NCBI GenBank assembly: GCA_003427395.1
Contig: BFEA01000031.1
Coordinates: 2,836,689-2,898,931 of the forward strand
Reading direction: 5' to 3'
DNA length: 62,243 nt
DNA from: Chara braunii
Lineage: Eukaryota; Plantae; Charophyceae
Shown here: piece after piece, positions 35,113 through 49,134 of the stretch
How the letters are laid out: each line of letters opens with the position of its first letter
Position numbering within the stretch: position 1 is the first letter of the stretch
Made by a program: the position numbers and the translations under genes
The notes under the pieces: generated by a model
Told to the model about the DNA's origin: nothing
The model's database searches: none
The model's input: the letters and a program-made list of their open reading frames with translations, nothing else

Positions 35113-36035
35113 GAATCTGCAATCCCTTGGCCCTGGTCTTGGCAGGCCATTGGCCATAGGCAGAAGCAGCCACGACCTTCGTAGGGAATATGTACAGACT
35201 TGGAAGGAGAGCGGTGATATGGGCACTTTGGTGGCAGAGATGCACGCTGTCCATGGAAAAGGTGAGAGCAGAAGAGCCAGAAATCACCGAACAGATTCAA
35301 CAGCAGGTACATTTCGAATTCACACAAAGATGGCTAGGCACAAAAGCACAGTTAGACCTCAGAGTCTTTAAACAAGTACTAGTAGGAGATGTGAGGAGAC
35401 GAATCACAACATTTTGTACAGACTGGGTGGGAGGGGAGAGGGAAGGATGGATTGCAAGAGTAGAATGGAGAGGAGACAGGGGAGAGGGACAGAGGGATTT
35501 GGAAGAGATGAGAGACTACCGCCTAAGCTTCAAAGACTGGACAAACATAAAACCCTCATTCCCACTTCGGCCCCCCGCTGATTTTCCAGACCCTTTCCCA
35601 CCCCATGCTCTTTCCCTGTCAGAGATCCTGTCCTGAATGATGAAATCCTGTAACGCAGTCTTCTTCACACTCATACTCAAACAAAGAACTCCCCCCTGGA
35701 TCCCCCCGGGGAGGTTTTTCTTCTGCTAACAACCATATTTTTTTCTTTTTTTCGTTGCTCAGTGAACCCCCCTTCTACAGATCGGGGCAGTCAATGCTGG
35801 CAGCCTGAGCACTCTAAACAAGAAAGTATGGGGGGCTGGGAGGGGGAGGGAGGAACTAGTGTGTATCAGTAGGTATTTGGCGCCGGGTTCAGGGTGAAGA
35901 GGTCCCCCCTTCCTTCCAATATCCTGCTCAGTCAATGCCCTAGATCCCAGGATAATCAATGCTGGCAGGGACCCCCCCCCTGCAACAGTTTTTTTTTCCG
36001 ATGTAAAAAAAAAATAAAAAAATAAAAAAAAAAAA
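35110..36035 (+). mobile_element. L1/Tx1 LINE 3' end with poly(A)
   Basis: LGRRAVIWALWWQRC..DFPDPFPP; 3' UTR shared with 31314-31400; A-tail at 36005-36035. Confidence 0.75.
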
Positions 36036-36073
36036 GATATTCAAGGCCTCCCTTCACTCATCAGCACTTGCAG

Positions 36074-36117
<44 letters not shown>

Positions 36118-36842
36118 NNNNNNNNNNNNNNNNNNNNNNNNNNNNNNNNNNNNNNNNNNNNNNNNNNNNNNNNNNNNNNNNNNNNNNNNNNNNNNNNNNN
36201 NNNNNNNNNNNNNNNNNNNNNNNNNNNNNNNNNNNNNNNNNNNNNNNNNNNNNNNNNNNNNNNNNNNNNNNNNNNNNNNNNNNNNNNNNNNNNNNNNNNN
36301 NNNNNNNNNNNNNNNNNNNNNNNNNNNNNNNNNNNNNNNNNNNNNNNNNNNNNNNNNNNNNNNNNNNNNNNNNNNNNNNNNNNNNNNNNNNNNNNNNNNN
36401 NNNNNNNNNNNNNNNNNNNNNNNNNNNNNNNNNNNNNNNNNNNNNNNNNNNNNNNNNNNNNNNNNNNNNNNNNNNNNNNNNNNNNNNNNNNNNNNNNNNN
36501 NNNNNNNNNNNNNNNNNNNNNNNNNNNNNNNNNNNNNNNNNNNNNNNNNNNNNNNNNNNNNNNNNNNNNNNNNNNNNNNNNNNNNNNNNNNNNNNNNNNN
36601 NNNNNNNNNNNNNNNNNNNNNNNNNNNNNNNNNNNNNNNNNNNNNNNNNNNNNNNNNNNNNNNNNNNNNNNNNNNNNNNNNNNNNNNNNNNNNNNNNNNN
36701 NNNNNNNNNNNNNNNNNNNNNNNNNNNNNNNNNNNNNNNNNNNNNNNNNNNNNNNNNNNNNNNNNNNNNNNNNNNNNNNNNNNNNNNNNNNNNNNNNNNN
36801 NNNNNNNNNNNNNNNNNNNNNNNNNNNNNNNNNNNNNNNNNN

Positions 36843-36963
<121 letters not shown>

Positions 36964-37205
36964 AACACAGAGAGAGAGAGAAACCCTTGCACCACTCTTC
37001 CCCGCTGCCAGCCCCAGCGCTACGCTTCCCCACGATCCCCGCATGCGCTGTTCTTCCTCACTCAGCCCTTTCCCACCGCCCGGGCCCTCTACATGCCCCC
37101 TTTTTAGCCCTTGTATTGGACAACCGATTACGTAATCGGTCTTCCTCGAAATCAATCCGCAAAAAAAAAAAAAAAAAAAAAAAAAAAACAAGGCCGACGA
37201 GCGTG

Positions 37206-37239
<34 letters not shown>

Positions 37240-37242
37240 CAG

Positions 37243-40200
37243 GACCTCCCTCAGGGCTTTGTCCTTCCTCGCGGTGTCCTTTCCGCTGAGGAACGCGCGG
37301 TTATTTTGGGCCGGCGTGGGTGTTTGCGTTGCCACCTGGACGGTCATACCTCCTCGCGGTGCGCTTACACCGCCGCCCTCGATCGCCACTACATTGACCT
37401 TTCCCGCCAGCGTCGTGCGCAGTCCCCCCCCGGTGCCTCGGATCCCCGCGGTGCCTCCTAGCCACGGTATAGTGTACACCTGTGCCCTCCTCAGTAGTGG
37501 GCTTCCCGACATCTCCGTCGTGGTTCGCCCCTCTCGCTAAAGGAGCTGAGGTATCGCAGGACCCGACAGAGTGTACTCAGCCCTCTGTCGCAGTACCGTC
37601 TCAGCCTCCGCAGACCACCGTCCCCCCTTCTACCCCTCCGCGACTATCGACGCGTCGAGCCATTCGTACAGCCAGTTGCAGCGAGCAGCTCGCTACTTGC
37701 GAGGACGTCGTGTCCTCTCTTCTGGACTTGAGCATGTTCCAGGCTCATCAGGAGCGACTCACCCTCCATGTCGCTGCATTACGTCGCCTTCTCACCATCC
37801 TCTCTGACCTTGATCGCACCCTCCCGATCATTCCAGTACGACTGGGGACCTCCACGAGGGTGTACTCAGCGCTGTGGGATTCCGGTTCTCAGGGCGACTT
37901 CATTCACCCACGCGTGGTGAAAGAAACCCGCTTACCCACGACAGGGTCTCCGACTCCTATCTCCGTCACCCTAGGGGATGACAAGACCGAACGCTTCTTC
38001 GATCAGACGGTCACCGACCTCCCCTTCTTCCTCACCCTCGACTCGACCGATCGTCCCCCGGCGTCTCGTTGCCACCGCTCCTCCACATATTTCAATGTGA
38101 TGGAGACGGGGTACGATTTCATTCTCGGTACTCCGTGGTCTCGTCGGTTCCACAACACCGAGGCCGATTGGGTGACCAACACTCTCGTTCTCAAAACGAA
38201 GTGTGGACAGACATATCGCGTACCTTTCATTGGTACCACTGCGATACCACGCCCCGATCCTTTTCCCCCGGAGCCTTCCGTGCCCACACCACCTCCTACG
38301 AACACTGTCACCTCCCCTCGGCAGTTCGCCCACTTCATCCGACAGGACGACATCACCTTCTTTATGGTGAACGTTACAGATCTCTTACATTATGATCCAC
38401 CCTGTCTTGACGTTGAGCTCATCCCTCTGGAGCCAGATCCTCCTTCTATCTCCATGACTCCCATCTCTCTTTCCCACCCTCCGCCGTCCGTCGAGTCCAC
38501 CCCGCCATCGCGCGCTGACGCTGAGGAACTCGCACGATATACGGTTGACCTGGAGCCCACAGTTCGTGACCTCATTCGAGAGTACCACAACGTTTTCCCA
38601 TCGTCGTTCTCGTACGACGGCATCCCATCGATACGCGACGTCGAGCACTCCATCCAACTCGTGCCTGACTACCGTGTTCACCACCAGGCACCCTACAGAC
38701 TCTCGACCCCCGAGACCACTGAACTCAAGCGTCATCTTGAGGAGCTCCTGAAACTGGGTTTCATTAAACCCAGCAACTCCCCGTGGGGTGCACCACTGCA
38801 CCCGACCTCTTTGCTCGCAAAGCGGATGGAACTCTTTGTCTCTGCATCGACTATCGCGGTCTCAACCGCTACACGGTTAAGAACAACTACCCCATGCCTC
38901 GTTCCGAGGAGCTGTTTGACCGCCTTGTAGGCAACCGCTTCTTTAAGAAGACTGATCTTCGTAGCGGTTACCATCAGATCAACGTCGTTGAAGCGGACCA
39001 GCCAAAGACAGTGTTCCGATCGCGCTTCGGCCACTACGAATTTACTGTGATGCCATTTGGCCACCAACGCACCCGTTACCTTCCAGAGGGCGATGAACGA
39101 CATCTTCAGGGACATCCTGGAGCAGTACGTTCTCTTCTACCTCGACGATATCCTGGTCTACAGTCGTACCCTTGAGGAGCACCTCAGGCACTTTCGCGAC
39201 GTCCTTGACCGCTTGCGCAGACATGGCTTCTACGCCAAGCTGAGCAAGTGTCGCTTTGCCCAGCACAAAGTGAATTTCTTAGGACACTACGTGTCTGACG
39301 AGGGTCTCCACATGGACGACGCGAAGATCATGGCTATTGCGGAGTGGCCCGTCCCCACATCTGCCAAGTAGCTTCGCAGCTTCCTAGGCCTCACTAGCTA
39401 CTATAGTAATTTCATCCAGGGATACGCTAGGTATTCCTACGTCCTTACCTCCACCCTCCTCTGGAAGAACCCGCCATGGGCTTGGACACCCCTCCACGAG
39501 GACGCCTTCCGCGCGCTCAAGAAGGCGGTGACATGTGCATCGGTTCTTTACCTACCCAATTTTGATCGTCCTTTTATCCTTACCACTGATGCGTCAAACT
39601 TTGGAGCACTGCTTTCTCAGATCTTCCCCTCCACTCCTGATTCCTCTCATCCTCGTATCCCTCGCTTCCCACCCCCTACCCCTACCACTGCCTTCCGCCT
39701 GACGCCTACTCGTCCAGCTACTAACGAACCTTCTATTGACTATTCTCCTACCATCGCTGAGGACGACACTGTCAAGTCTCTCTCAGGTGATTATCCGATA
39801 GCCTTTTACTCTAGTCAGCTTCTGCCCACTGAGATAAACTACACCGCTGATGAACGTGAGGTTCTCGCAGTAGTTTATGCCCCTCGACACTGGTGTCACT
39901 ACCTGCATGGGGCACCATTCACAAAACCGAAGCTCACTCCTCGACAGGCTCGCTGGTGGCGCGACCTATCTAAGTTTAGTTTCACCACTGAGCACATCAA
40001 GGGTGAGACTAATCGGGTCGCAGATGCCTTATCCCGGCGCCCTGACCACGATCAGGAGCAGATCCAACTCGCTTCCATCTCGGTCACCACCGTCCACCAC
40101 TCGGTGATCGACGAGTTTCGCACTCAGTACCGCCACTGCCCCGACTATTGTGACATCCATGTGACCCTTCCGAGTGGTAAGACCGTCCCGAACTACTCTC

Positions 40201-41765
40201 TCGGGGACAACGGTCTTGTGTACTGACACGGTTCATAGGGCATTAGAGAGCCCCGTATTTGCGTTCCCTCCACTGGACAGCTACGTGTCCGGGCAGTAGC
40301 AGAGTTCCATGACCAGGCAACCGGCGGTCATATGGGCTTCCACAAGACATTGGCTCGTATGAGCCGCCTGTACGTCTGGTCGAAGCGCAAGGACTTTGTG
40401 AAGGATTACGTCCCAGAGTATCCCACCTGTCAGGACGTGAACAGTACGAACCACTTGCCTTATTGTTTGCTCCAACCTCTTCCTATCCCTGAGGGTCGTT
40501 TGCAGTCCATCTCGATGGACTTTATAGGTCCTCTTCATCCTCTGACCCCCCGCGGTCATGATGCTATCCTGGTCATCGTCGACCGCTTCACGAAGCGTGC
40601 ACGCTTTGTTCCGTGCTGCTATGCCATCAGTGCACGTGAGGTCACCGACATCGTGTTTGACCGAGTCGTGCGTGACCATGGCTTACCTCTGAGCATCATA
40701 TCTGACCGTGACCCGCGCTTTACCAACCGATTCTGGCGACGGCTTCACGAGGTTTACGGCACCCAGCTCCGCTTCTCCTCGTCTTACCATCCCCAGACTG
40801 ATGGTCAGACCGAGGTCACGAACAGGACTCTCGGAGATATTCTCCGAAAGATTGTTCGTGACGACCAGCATTGGGATCTCCATCTTGCCCACGCGGAGAT
40901 AGCCTATAACCATGCCATCTCGCCAGCCACGGGGATGTCGCCTTACTATTGCGACCTCGACTATCATCCTCGTGTTCCCGCGGACTTCCTTCGACCGTCA
41001 GAGATGCACCCCGACACGAGTTGTCCCGCGTTGGATGATTGGGTTGCACATACGACGTCGATCATGAAGATCACACATGAGCACATAGCCGCTTCCTAAA
41101 CTCGCATGGCAGCACGTGCGAATCGATCGAGGATGCATCATCCATTCAAATTCGGTGATGATGTGCTTATCGACACCCGCCACTTACAGCTCGAAGCGGA
41201 AACACTTCGCAAGTTTCGATGTCGCTTCTTTGGCCCATGTCGCATTCTCCAGGCCATCGGTTCTGATACGGCTTCTAGCCCGGTCAACTTCTGTGTGAAA
41301 CTGTCTGACTACCTACGCCAGACTCGTGTGCACGATGTCTACCACGTCTCGTTACTGCGTCCTTACCGCAGACCGTCTAAGAGTTTCGCTGGACGACCAT
41401 ACGAGCGTCCTCCACCCATCATGGTGGACGACCACGAGGAGTTCTTTGTTTCAGACATCATTGGTCACCGAGTCACCGACGACAACCCTCCTCACGTCGA
41501 GTATCTCGTACGTTGGAAGGGTTACCCTGATGAGGAGGCTACTTGGGAGCCCCTCGAGCACTTGCAGCACGCTCGCATGTTGGTGCGTGCCTATGATCGT
41601 GCTCGTCGTGATGGGTTGACTGCTCCTCCTTTGCCCACTGACCATCCTCCTTCTCCCTCGACTGAGGAGACCTTTGAAGTTGAGCCTGCTCCATCTGAGG
41701 CAGACCTTCAGCATCAGTTGGATGCTTCTGAGCATTCACAACGCACTTGTCGCCGTCCTGCTTGA
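37243..41765 (+). mobile_element. Ty3/Gypsy chromovirus pol (PR-RT-RH-IN-chromodomain), decayed; gag and LTRs not seen
   Basis: LWDSGS; [27 protein letters not shown]; TTDAS, NRVADALSR; GHMG, ISMDFI, ISDRDPRF, YHPQTDGQTE; FFGP. Several frameshifts and stops. Confidence 0.95.
41433..41600 (+). other. Chromodomain at the integrase C-terminus
   Basis: EEFFVSDIIGHR..EYLVRWKGYPDEEATWEPLEHL. Confidence 0.9.
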
Positions 41766-44099
41766 TACGACGATTGACTCCGACTTATCTTCCTACGTCC
41801 TTGACTTCTCAGTACTCCATCCGCTCCAGTTTTGCCACTTCAGCTCGTCGACGTTGCGGCTCTTCCTCGACGACATTCCGGATTTCTCATCATGGACGTC
41901 ATCGACAACTTCATGGACTTCGTCACGATCAACTCTGCCTACTTCAGACGCCATCACCCTCTGACCACTTTACCCTGTACAGTACCCTGCTTATGTCGCA
42001 TGATGGTCTCCCTTCGCTGGGTTCCTCTGAGTTGTGCTCTCCCTTGGTATACGCATAGGCATCGGGATCGTAGCGTTGCCCTGACTTCCCAACTTACGGA
42101 TCTAGCTCCGACTCCCCTCACTTTAGGAGTCATTTGCATGATTCGCTTACCTATCACCATTCAATCCTTTGCCGGCCCTCACGCCCTAGTTAGGCAGCCT
42201 CGCATGCTTCATCTAGGTGCGCCCAATATACCGGGTTCCCTTGTTCCCTTGCATGGTCGACCCTCCATAGCGGTCACCCCTTTAGTCGAGCATTACCCGC
42301 CCTGATGGTCTATCTGTTAGGGTCATTGGTTCTGTTCGCTCCCAGTTCCCTACCCTCATTGAGCTGATGACATGTGTCTCCCTATCATTTTGTGTGAATG
42401 CCCTTAGGAGTTATCGACCCCTAGGCTGCATTCGCCACCCTCAGAGACCATCCCACCCTTTTGTTCACGACATACTCCTCCTGTGACATATGGTCGTCTT
42501 GTTGTTGCTTTGTTGCTCTCAGACTGAGGCTACTGCCCTTGACATTTCTAGGATTTAGTTGTTCTACTTTTGCTGTTCTTAGGACTTATACACTAGTCAG
42601 TTGTTTCCAGATTGAGGCTACTGCCTCCAATATTCTAGGACCTAGTTGTCATTACTTTCTGCTTTCCTAGGACATGTATGCTAGTTAGTTGCTTTTGCTT
42701 TCACTTAGGCTGTTAGCTGTGACATTGTTGTTTTTTGTGACATTTCCTATCCTAGGTTGCATCGCATGGACTCAGCATGGAGCTTGCTCTGCATCCTAGA
42801 GTCCCTAGACTACTCAGGTTTTCTTTTTCTTTGGTAGAGTTCCGCTTCTTGGCAGAAGCGTGCTTGTATCTAGGCGATCCATCACAGGCCGAGGATCGTG
42901 TAGCGGACCTCTGGTTAGCCTATGAGACCAGCCCCTTGGCCTATTCTCACAGGCCTGTGTTGTATTCGGGGCAGTCCAGTCCAGGCCGGTACCTCTGTCG
43001 GTACCAGCCAGTCTAGTCCAGCCCCGTCAGTCCACTGGGGTATACCCCAGCTGTTGTCCGTTTTCCGATTCATTCTACATTCGCACACTTTGGAGTACGT
43101 GCGTTGGAATCTGGCGTGGCAGCTGCGCTGTGCCATCTCCATCTCTATCCCTGGCGGAGCACCACACCTGGTGGGTCCGCCACAGTACCTGAGTTTACCC
43201 AATTGGTTGTTTAATCACAAAAGTAAACAGTCGCAATGCTACGTGCTTTATTGTTTTTCATCCATCCGGTGAACCGATAAAAAAGAAAAGTGTGAGTTTG
43301 ATCCAATCACAGTGACAATTGTAATTCATTAAGGAAGCGACAAACATGCACTCCCATAATCTAAGCGGGATTGTAACTCAGACTGGGATTTGAATAACAA
43401 GAAAGACACAGATACAAGAAAAGCACAGATAAAAGTTCATTGAGTATTAGACATCTCGATTTACTGCTTACTTAGAGTACAGTGCTGAAGACCAGCTCCC
43501 CTTTGGAGGAGGGAATTGCCCAACAGAAAGGGGATCCCCAAAGTTTCGTAAAGGAGGTGGACTTTTGTGTCGCCTATGACGTACCAGCTTCCGTACCGGA
43601 GCGATCTTCTGAAGCCCTTAGTTTTTGTTGTTCCTACTCTTCGGAATTATCTCGGGTTTTCTGGGTACCTCTTCCTTTTTGCTATCCCCTCAGTGCACAG
43701 AATCGCAGGTCAACCAGGCCCTGTCATGTCTAAGACGATGCTTCTTTTGGATTTCTTTGCAATTTCCTTTTGGTAATCCATTCATCTACGTTGGAATTAC
43801 GCGCGCCTTAGCGAGCGCACTAGGAATTTTGTTCGGCAGTTGGGAACTCCTGAAATTACGGGCGCTCTTCCCAATGACATATCCTTTCTTGCAAGTGAAT
43901 GTTCCCCCACGCACCCTTGAAAGATCTGTAGATACATTAAGATTCTTTTATTTAATGTTCTTTCATACAGTTAGTTGCATCCATATATTTTTCTCCACAA
44001 TTTAATAATGTCTCAGTACATGACTTGATACAAGCCACAGAACAAGATACAATACAGCAGCATACTTTATGGAGGTGTAGCTGGAGTCTTCTCCGAGCC

Positions 44100-44855
44100 A
44101 CAGCTCTTCACCAACCTGGGATCAAAGCCAAAGTAGGCTCATGCTAGACGATGGCATGGGCATTTCACGAGGCACTAGGACCGAGAGGAGTGTCACTCCC
44201 CTGGCCACATTAGACCAGGCTCAGGCCGTGTCTCTAGGCCTGTGTACCCCAGTCATGCAGGGTCAGCTATCCTGCCCCCGCCTTTGGTCAACATCGTTCT
44301 TATCTTACAGAAAGCCACAGACTTGGAGCCAAATGCTCACAGATAAACTCTCTCTTCTTCCACAAGAGACTAGGGACCAGGACTGCGGCCCGGATCCCAG
44401 CCTTTCCTCAAGCAATAACTCCGTAAGTCTTAGATTCCTACCTATGAGATACTGGTCCAGGACCTTTGTCCCTTTGTTGGGCAAACTTCTTACTTTGGGA
44501 CACTGGACCCAGTTTCCAGATCCTTTTTAAGCACTAGCTCTGTCAGGCATATTTAAGGGACGCTGGACCTGTTTTCCAGTGAGTGTACAGCCCTCAGGGC
44601 ACTGGACCTTCCCCCTACTAGTAGTTGAAGTCGGGTTTCTGCCCTCATTCCTTTTCTCCGTACTATCCCACAGGGGACCCGGTTTCGAGTTTTTTTTCCG
44701 AATGATGGACCTGTTTTCCAGCCTCTTCAATAGGGACGCTGGACCCAGTTTCCAGCATGGGCCCCTGTTCCAACCTAGTAGAATAGTCAGGACCCCGACC
44801 CTCGGTTTCCAGCATGGGCCTCTGTTCTCATATTATGCAAAAAAAAAAAAAAAAA
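44100..44855 (+). mobile_element. LINE 3' UTR with a tandemly multiplied hairpin motif and poly(A)
   Basis: About 6 variants of gggacgctggacccggtttccagc at 44497-44820, then an A-tract. Confidence 0.55.
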
Positions 44856-44913
44856 CCTCAGGGAGAGGCCCTGTAGCCAAAAAAATCTAAACGAAAACAC
44901 AAAAATCCCTAAA

Positions 44914-45335
44914 ATCCAACGGCCTAACTCAGTTGGTAAGGCTCGCAAGTGGCCTTCAGGAGGTCGTGGGTTCAGTCCCCATTGGCCACATGTACCTTCC
45001 TGGGCATACTTGGCGCCCGCCACTTTAGAGAGAGACCACTGGATGCCCCGATTGGCATTGAGCAGAGTCTGCTGATGTTCGTAATGGAGGGGGGAACCAC
45101 CACCTGAGGGGAGGCGCAGGGATTGGTCCTGTTGGCATGGCCCCTGATGCTACCAGCTGTCCCCTGGCCGGTATCGCCCACCTGCAGGTCGGGAGCGGTC
45201 CCCGCATGCTCTCTCGTGAACACGGTTCTGGCTGCTATGGGGTTCCCCGTATGCGTACAATTAGTAGTGGTAGGTAGGTAGTGTGAGGTGAAATTGAGAA
45301 AATAATTTAAATTTTCAAAAAAACAAAACAAAAAA
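44914..45335 (+). mobile_element. tRNA-derived SINE
   Basis: ggcctaactcagttggtaag..ggaggtcgtgggttcagtccc head; body homologous to 29400-29730; A-rich tail; ccctaaa on both flanks. Confidence 0.75.
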
Positions 45336-45667
45336 AAAACCCTAAACTAGCTACAATCCACAACGGCAGCCACGGACCTTTTTGTTTTTGGCAATTACCC
45401 CTATTTTTAATGATGACTCCATTAAAAAAAAAACAAAAAAATGACGACTCCATTCTATTGGTGGGTTGCTGCACCTGCTGAAACTGTGGGTCCAGCCTCT
45501 GATAGAGCCTGGCTCCAGTACGCAAAAGACAAAACATATGGTGGTGTATCTCTCCATGTTCCACCAGCAGATTCGTTCTCATTTGCACATTTGGTGAATA
45601 GTGGAACCAGGCCCATTATGAACACAGCTAGATCTGTGTGAGTCCTTCTCGCTACTGTACATACATT

Positions 45668-46103
45668 GGGCCTCGGCACACTACTCCCGACTTGGCCACA
45701 TTCGGGAGTGCAGCGTCGTTACACCAGCTCCCGAGTTCAACCTGTCAGCTTGAATTCGGGAGCTGTCAGAATGTGGCTCCCGCTTGAGCCTCCCGACCGT
45801 AAAAGGCCATTTTCGGGAGACCGCTCGGGGAGGCCTGTGTTTCGACCGGAGAACTCGTGCGCAGACAAGTGTTCTCCTGACAGTTTTCATCGCCACATGC
45901 TGGACAGTGCTGGGCAGTCTCCGTCTGAAGTGCACCTCCTGGCCTCCGAACTGGAGAGCGCCCCAAGTCGGGAGTACAGTGTGGCGAAGCGCACTCCCAA
46001 ATGGATTTTCGCATCTTCGGACATTCGGGAGTACTCCCGGAATTTTTCTCCAAGTCGGGAGTAGTGATAAAAAAAAAAAAAAAAAAAAAGTGTGGGGAGG
46101 CCC
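45668..46103. mobile_element. Harbinger MITE with a poly(A) insert in its right TIR
   Basis: gggcctcggcacactactcccga ... tcgggagtagtg[atA23]gtgtggggaggccc; ATT TSD. Confidence 0.75.
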
Positions 46104-46377
46104 ATTGTGTGTGTGTATGGGCCTCACCACACCACCGTGACTGTAGGAACGCAAGAAAATTCGAAATAAATTCGACAGCGTCCCTTTGACAGTTTGCCCC
46201 TCTTTAGCCACACAGCACTGTAAAGTGGAAGCACTTGTGAACGCAAGATGGAAAAAGATGGAAGTGCCTGAGGGTACGACAAACATTGGTCCATCACGAG
46301 TCCCGACCTCACTCTCACTCACCAAATTTCGAAGAGAAGTCGATGGCGCAGCCGAGGACTGTCGAAAGCATCGGATT

Positions 46378-46487
46378 AGCAGGCTGGGGACTGTCGAAAC
46401 CATCGGAGTAGAGGAGTAGCAGGCTGGGGACTGTCAAAAGCATCGGAGTAGCAGGCTGGGGACTGTCAAAAGCATCGGAGTAGCAGG
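46378..46487. repeat. About 32-bp minisatellite x3
   Basis: agcaggctggggactgtc(g/a)aa..catcggagt. Confidence 0.85.
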
Positions 46488-46614
46488 ATGGGCATTCAAC
46501 AACTTTCCACAGGAGGTGTCCAGAAGTATTCTCTGATTGGAATTTCTTGCTTTTTCCCCCCAAAAAGAAAAGAAAAGAAAAGAAAAAAAAGAACTGTTCT
46601 CTGACAACTTGCGA

Positions 46615-48042
46615 ATTTTTTTAATTTTTTTTTTAATTTTTTTTTTTGGAATTGGAACAACTTTTTTTTACTGGAAACCGGGTCCGGCATCCCTTACATT
46701 TAATCCGTGGCTGTGTGGCAGGATAAGGCACTCCCGGCCCTACCCATCCAAACCACGGAACGGTCCCAGTTGATCATCTCAGACAAAAACACGGTAAAGA
46801 CACAGTTTGAAGAACCTGAGTAAGAAAAGCCAGCACTAATACTAAGGCTGGACCCTGTGCTAATTTCAAAACTGAAGGCAAGACTACAAAGAAGGCAAAA
46901 ACCAAGANCTAAAAACCAAGGTAAAAGCAACGGTAAACGCAAAAAGGACAGCTAAACCAATAGTCTGCTAGCCTAACANAGACCCTAGTGTGCTAAACTA
47001 NACTCACAAAAAGAAAGGTGAAAACTTNAACACTGGTGGCCCATTCTGCGGTGTGTCTGCAGTNACCAGCCCCGGAAAGGCTCCCCATCTTGTGCCAAAC
47101 CACTTGATGGACTTGGCCGAATAGCCTTTTTTCTGAACNCGATATTCCCACTCTGCTGATATGGCCTGTTTGATAGAGTATTTGATCTCAGCTCTGACCA
47201 TTGGTGGTGTCAAAAACTCGTCTCTCCTCACCCTGGCATTTCTGAGGCTCCACAGTGTCCAAATGATAGCTCCTCTGATTGTCTCTTCTGCATGCCCATA
47301 TTGCAAGGGCGGNGCAGCCCTCCTGGCGGCTGTCCCTAGTAAGATGAATCCATCATCCCAACGAGTTGTGACCCCCGGCACCGGTACACCCNAGTATCTC
47401 CACCAATCCCAAAAAGGCGAAGAAAGGTCGCATTGTAGGACAAAGTGTTGGATGTCTTCCATCCTGGTTCCCTGGCATATTTGACATTCAGGTGTTGCCT
47501 TCGCAGTTCTTTTAGCACACCAAGTGTTGACCGGCAACGCCAGGTGCATCAACAACCAAAGAAGGCTCGAGTGCTTGCTCACCNNTAAGTCCATCAGCTG
47601 CTTCCAGAAAGCAGGAAGTGCTGCAGACAGTCTTGTCACGGTGTCCATCACCCAGCCTGTAGCCATCCATCTTCTTGCCACTGTCCAGTTGACATCANTC
47701 GGCGGAGTCATAATTTGGTAGCCCAGCTTAGTAGTNTATTCTGATAAATTTACCACTTCATTGCGACNCAATGGGTGCTCCCATGCCCAGTCTCGCGGAT
47801 CAACTGACAAATTGTAAGCTGGCTTCTGCAAACAGAAAGGTCTGTAGCTTTGTTTCTGCTGTAGTACACAAGCTGGCAACAACTGTTGAGCGGGCAGGAG
47901 GGGAAGCTGTTCCTCAGAGCACAGCAAAGGCTCTGCCAAGGAATCAGCACCTCCCCGCACCTGCCAGCAGGTGGTCGGGATTTCCACCGCTTCCGAATAA
48001 TCTTCAATTCTCCAAATGTGGTCAGGCATATGATGTTGGGCC
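46615..48042 (-). mobile_element. L1/Tx1 LINE 3' end (zf-RVT), cut off by an adapter artefact
   Basis: LLWLLMHLALPV..CQICQG..EDIQHFVLQC, WTLWSLRN; module at 46670-46693; T-tracts. Confidence 0.85.
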
Positions 48043-48083
48043 CTGTCTCTTATACACATCTAGATGTGTATAAGAGACAGGTG

Positions 48084-48135
<52 letters not shown>

Positions 48136-48219
48136 GTCATGTTGGCTATACACAACTGCCCCCAAAAAGCAAGCCTGAAAAAAAGAAGGAAAAAAAAAGC
48201 ATGCCTGTGGGGACACTCA

Positions 48220-48794
48220 GGGCATACTCACACTGCGACCCCAAATCCACAATTTGTTTTTCTTTTTTTTTTTCATAAAGAGCAACGGCCTTGAGATATT
48301 ATCATTGAGCTGACCGGCCCCACTCAATTCATTAGTAGTTGGTTTTTCTCATCAAGTTCCATCATCTGGATTCGAACAGGGGTTTGCATTTCAACAGTTC
48401 ATGGGTGTACCCACTGTGAGCTAGGCTCTTGGTCCTCTTGGATCTGGGAAGGACCGATTTGAGGTTTTGGGCCCGTTTTGGTTCACGTCACACCGCTGTA
48501 CCTTTTCAGATGGGACAGGGTCGTGGCCGCCTGGAGAAATGGGTATGGTCACAGGGCGCCATCTACAAATTGTGCAAGAACTTTTGTCAACGAAATTTTG
48601 CCAATTTTTGAAGAAAATGAAAAGAGACAAAAGGGCATTTGGGATCACCTGATTTGAGGTGACTGCAAAATCCCTAGGCCGCTGACAAATGGGCACAGGA
48701 ATAGTACATTTGCGAATTCGGTAGATCCGTGTGACGGGCCTTTTCCTCTTTTTTCTGGGATTTTGGGAATATAGGTCCCCGTGTGAGTATGCCC
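48220..48794. mobile_element. Harbinger MITE, 575 bp
   Basis: TIRs gggcatactcacac / gtgtgagtatgccc; TCA TSD. Confidence 0.88.
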
Positions 48795-48904
48795 TCACAT
48801 TAGCACTTCTCTAAGCGTATCTGGCTGGAATCACCTCCAGACCTGAACGGATCTCACCACAATCAGGTCCAGAGCTGAGTGCAGAAAGTCCTAGAGTGAG
48901 TGTG

Positions 48905-48938
<34 letters not shown>

Positions 48939-49085
48939 CAGAGGCTTGCCCGCGCTGCTGTGGGACACCAGACTGTAGATTGGTGAGTGAGAAAGTTAAG
49001 TTGGAAGAAGACAGAAGGGAGAAGGGTAGGAGAAGGGAGACGATTAGGTGGGGGCGCATGAAGCTCCAGTGACTTTTAGTCTTTT

Positions 49086-49134
<49 letters not shown>

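Noticed and set aside
44497-44820. CRISPR-like repeat/spacer pattern (also 27330-27515 and 46378-46487)
   Set aside because: Repeats are degenerate, spacers are irregular or non-unique, there are no cas genes, and the context is eukaryotic TE sequence.
45679-46066. CACTA...TAGTG ends suggesting a CACTA element
   Set aside because: No TSD at those ends; the TIR extends out to GGGCC with an ATT TSD, which indicates Harbinger.
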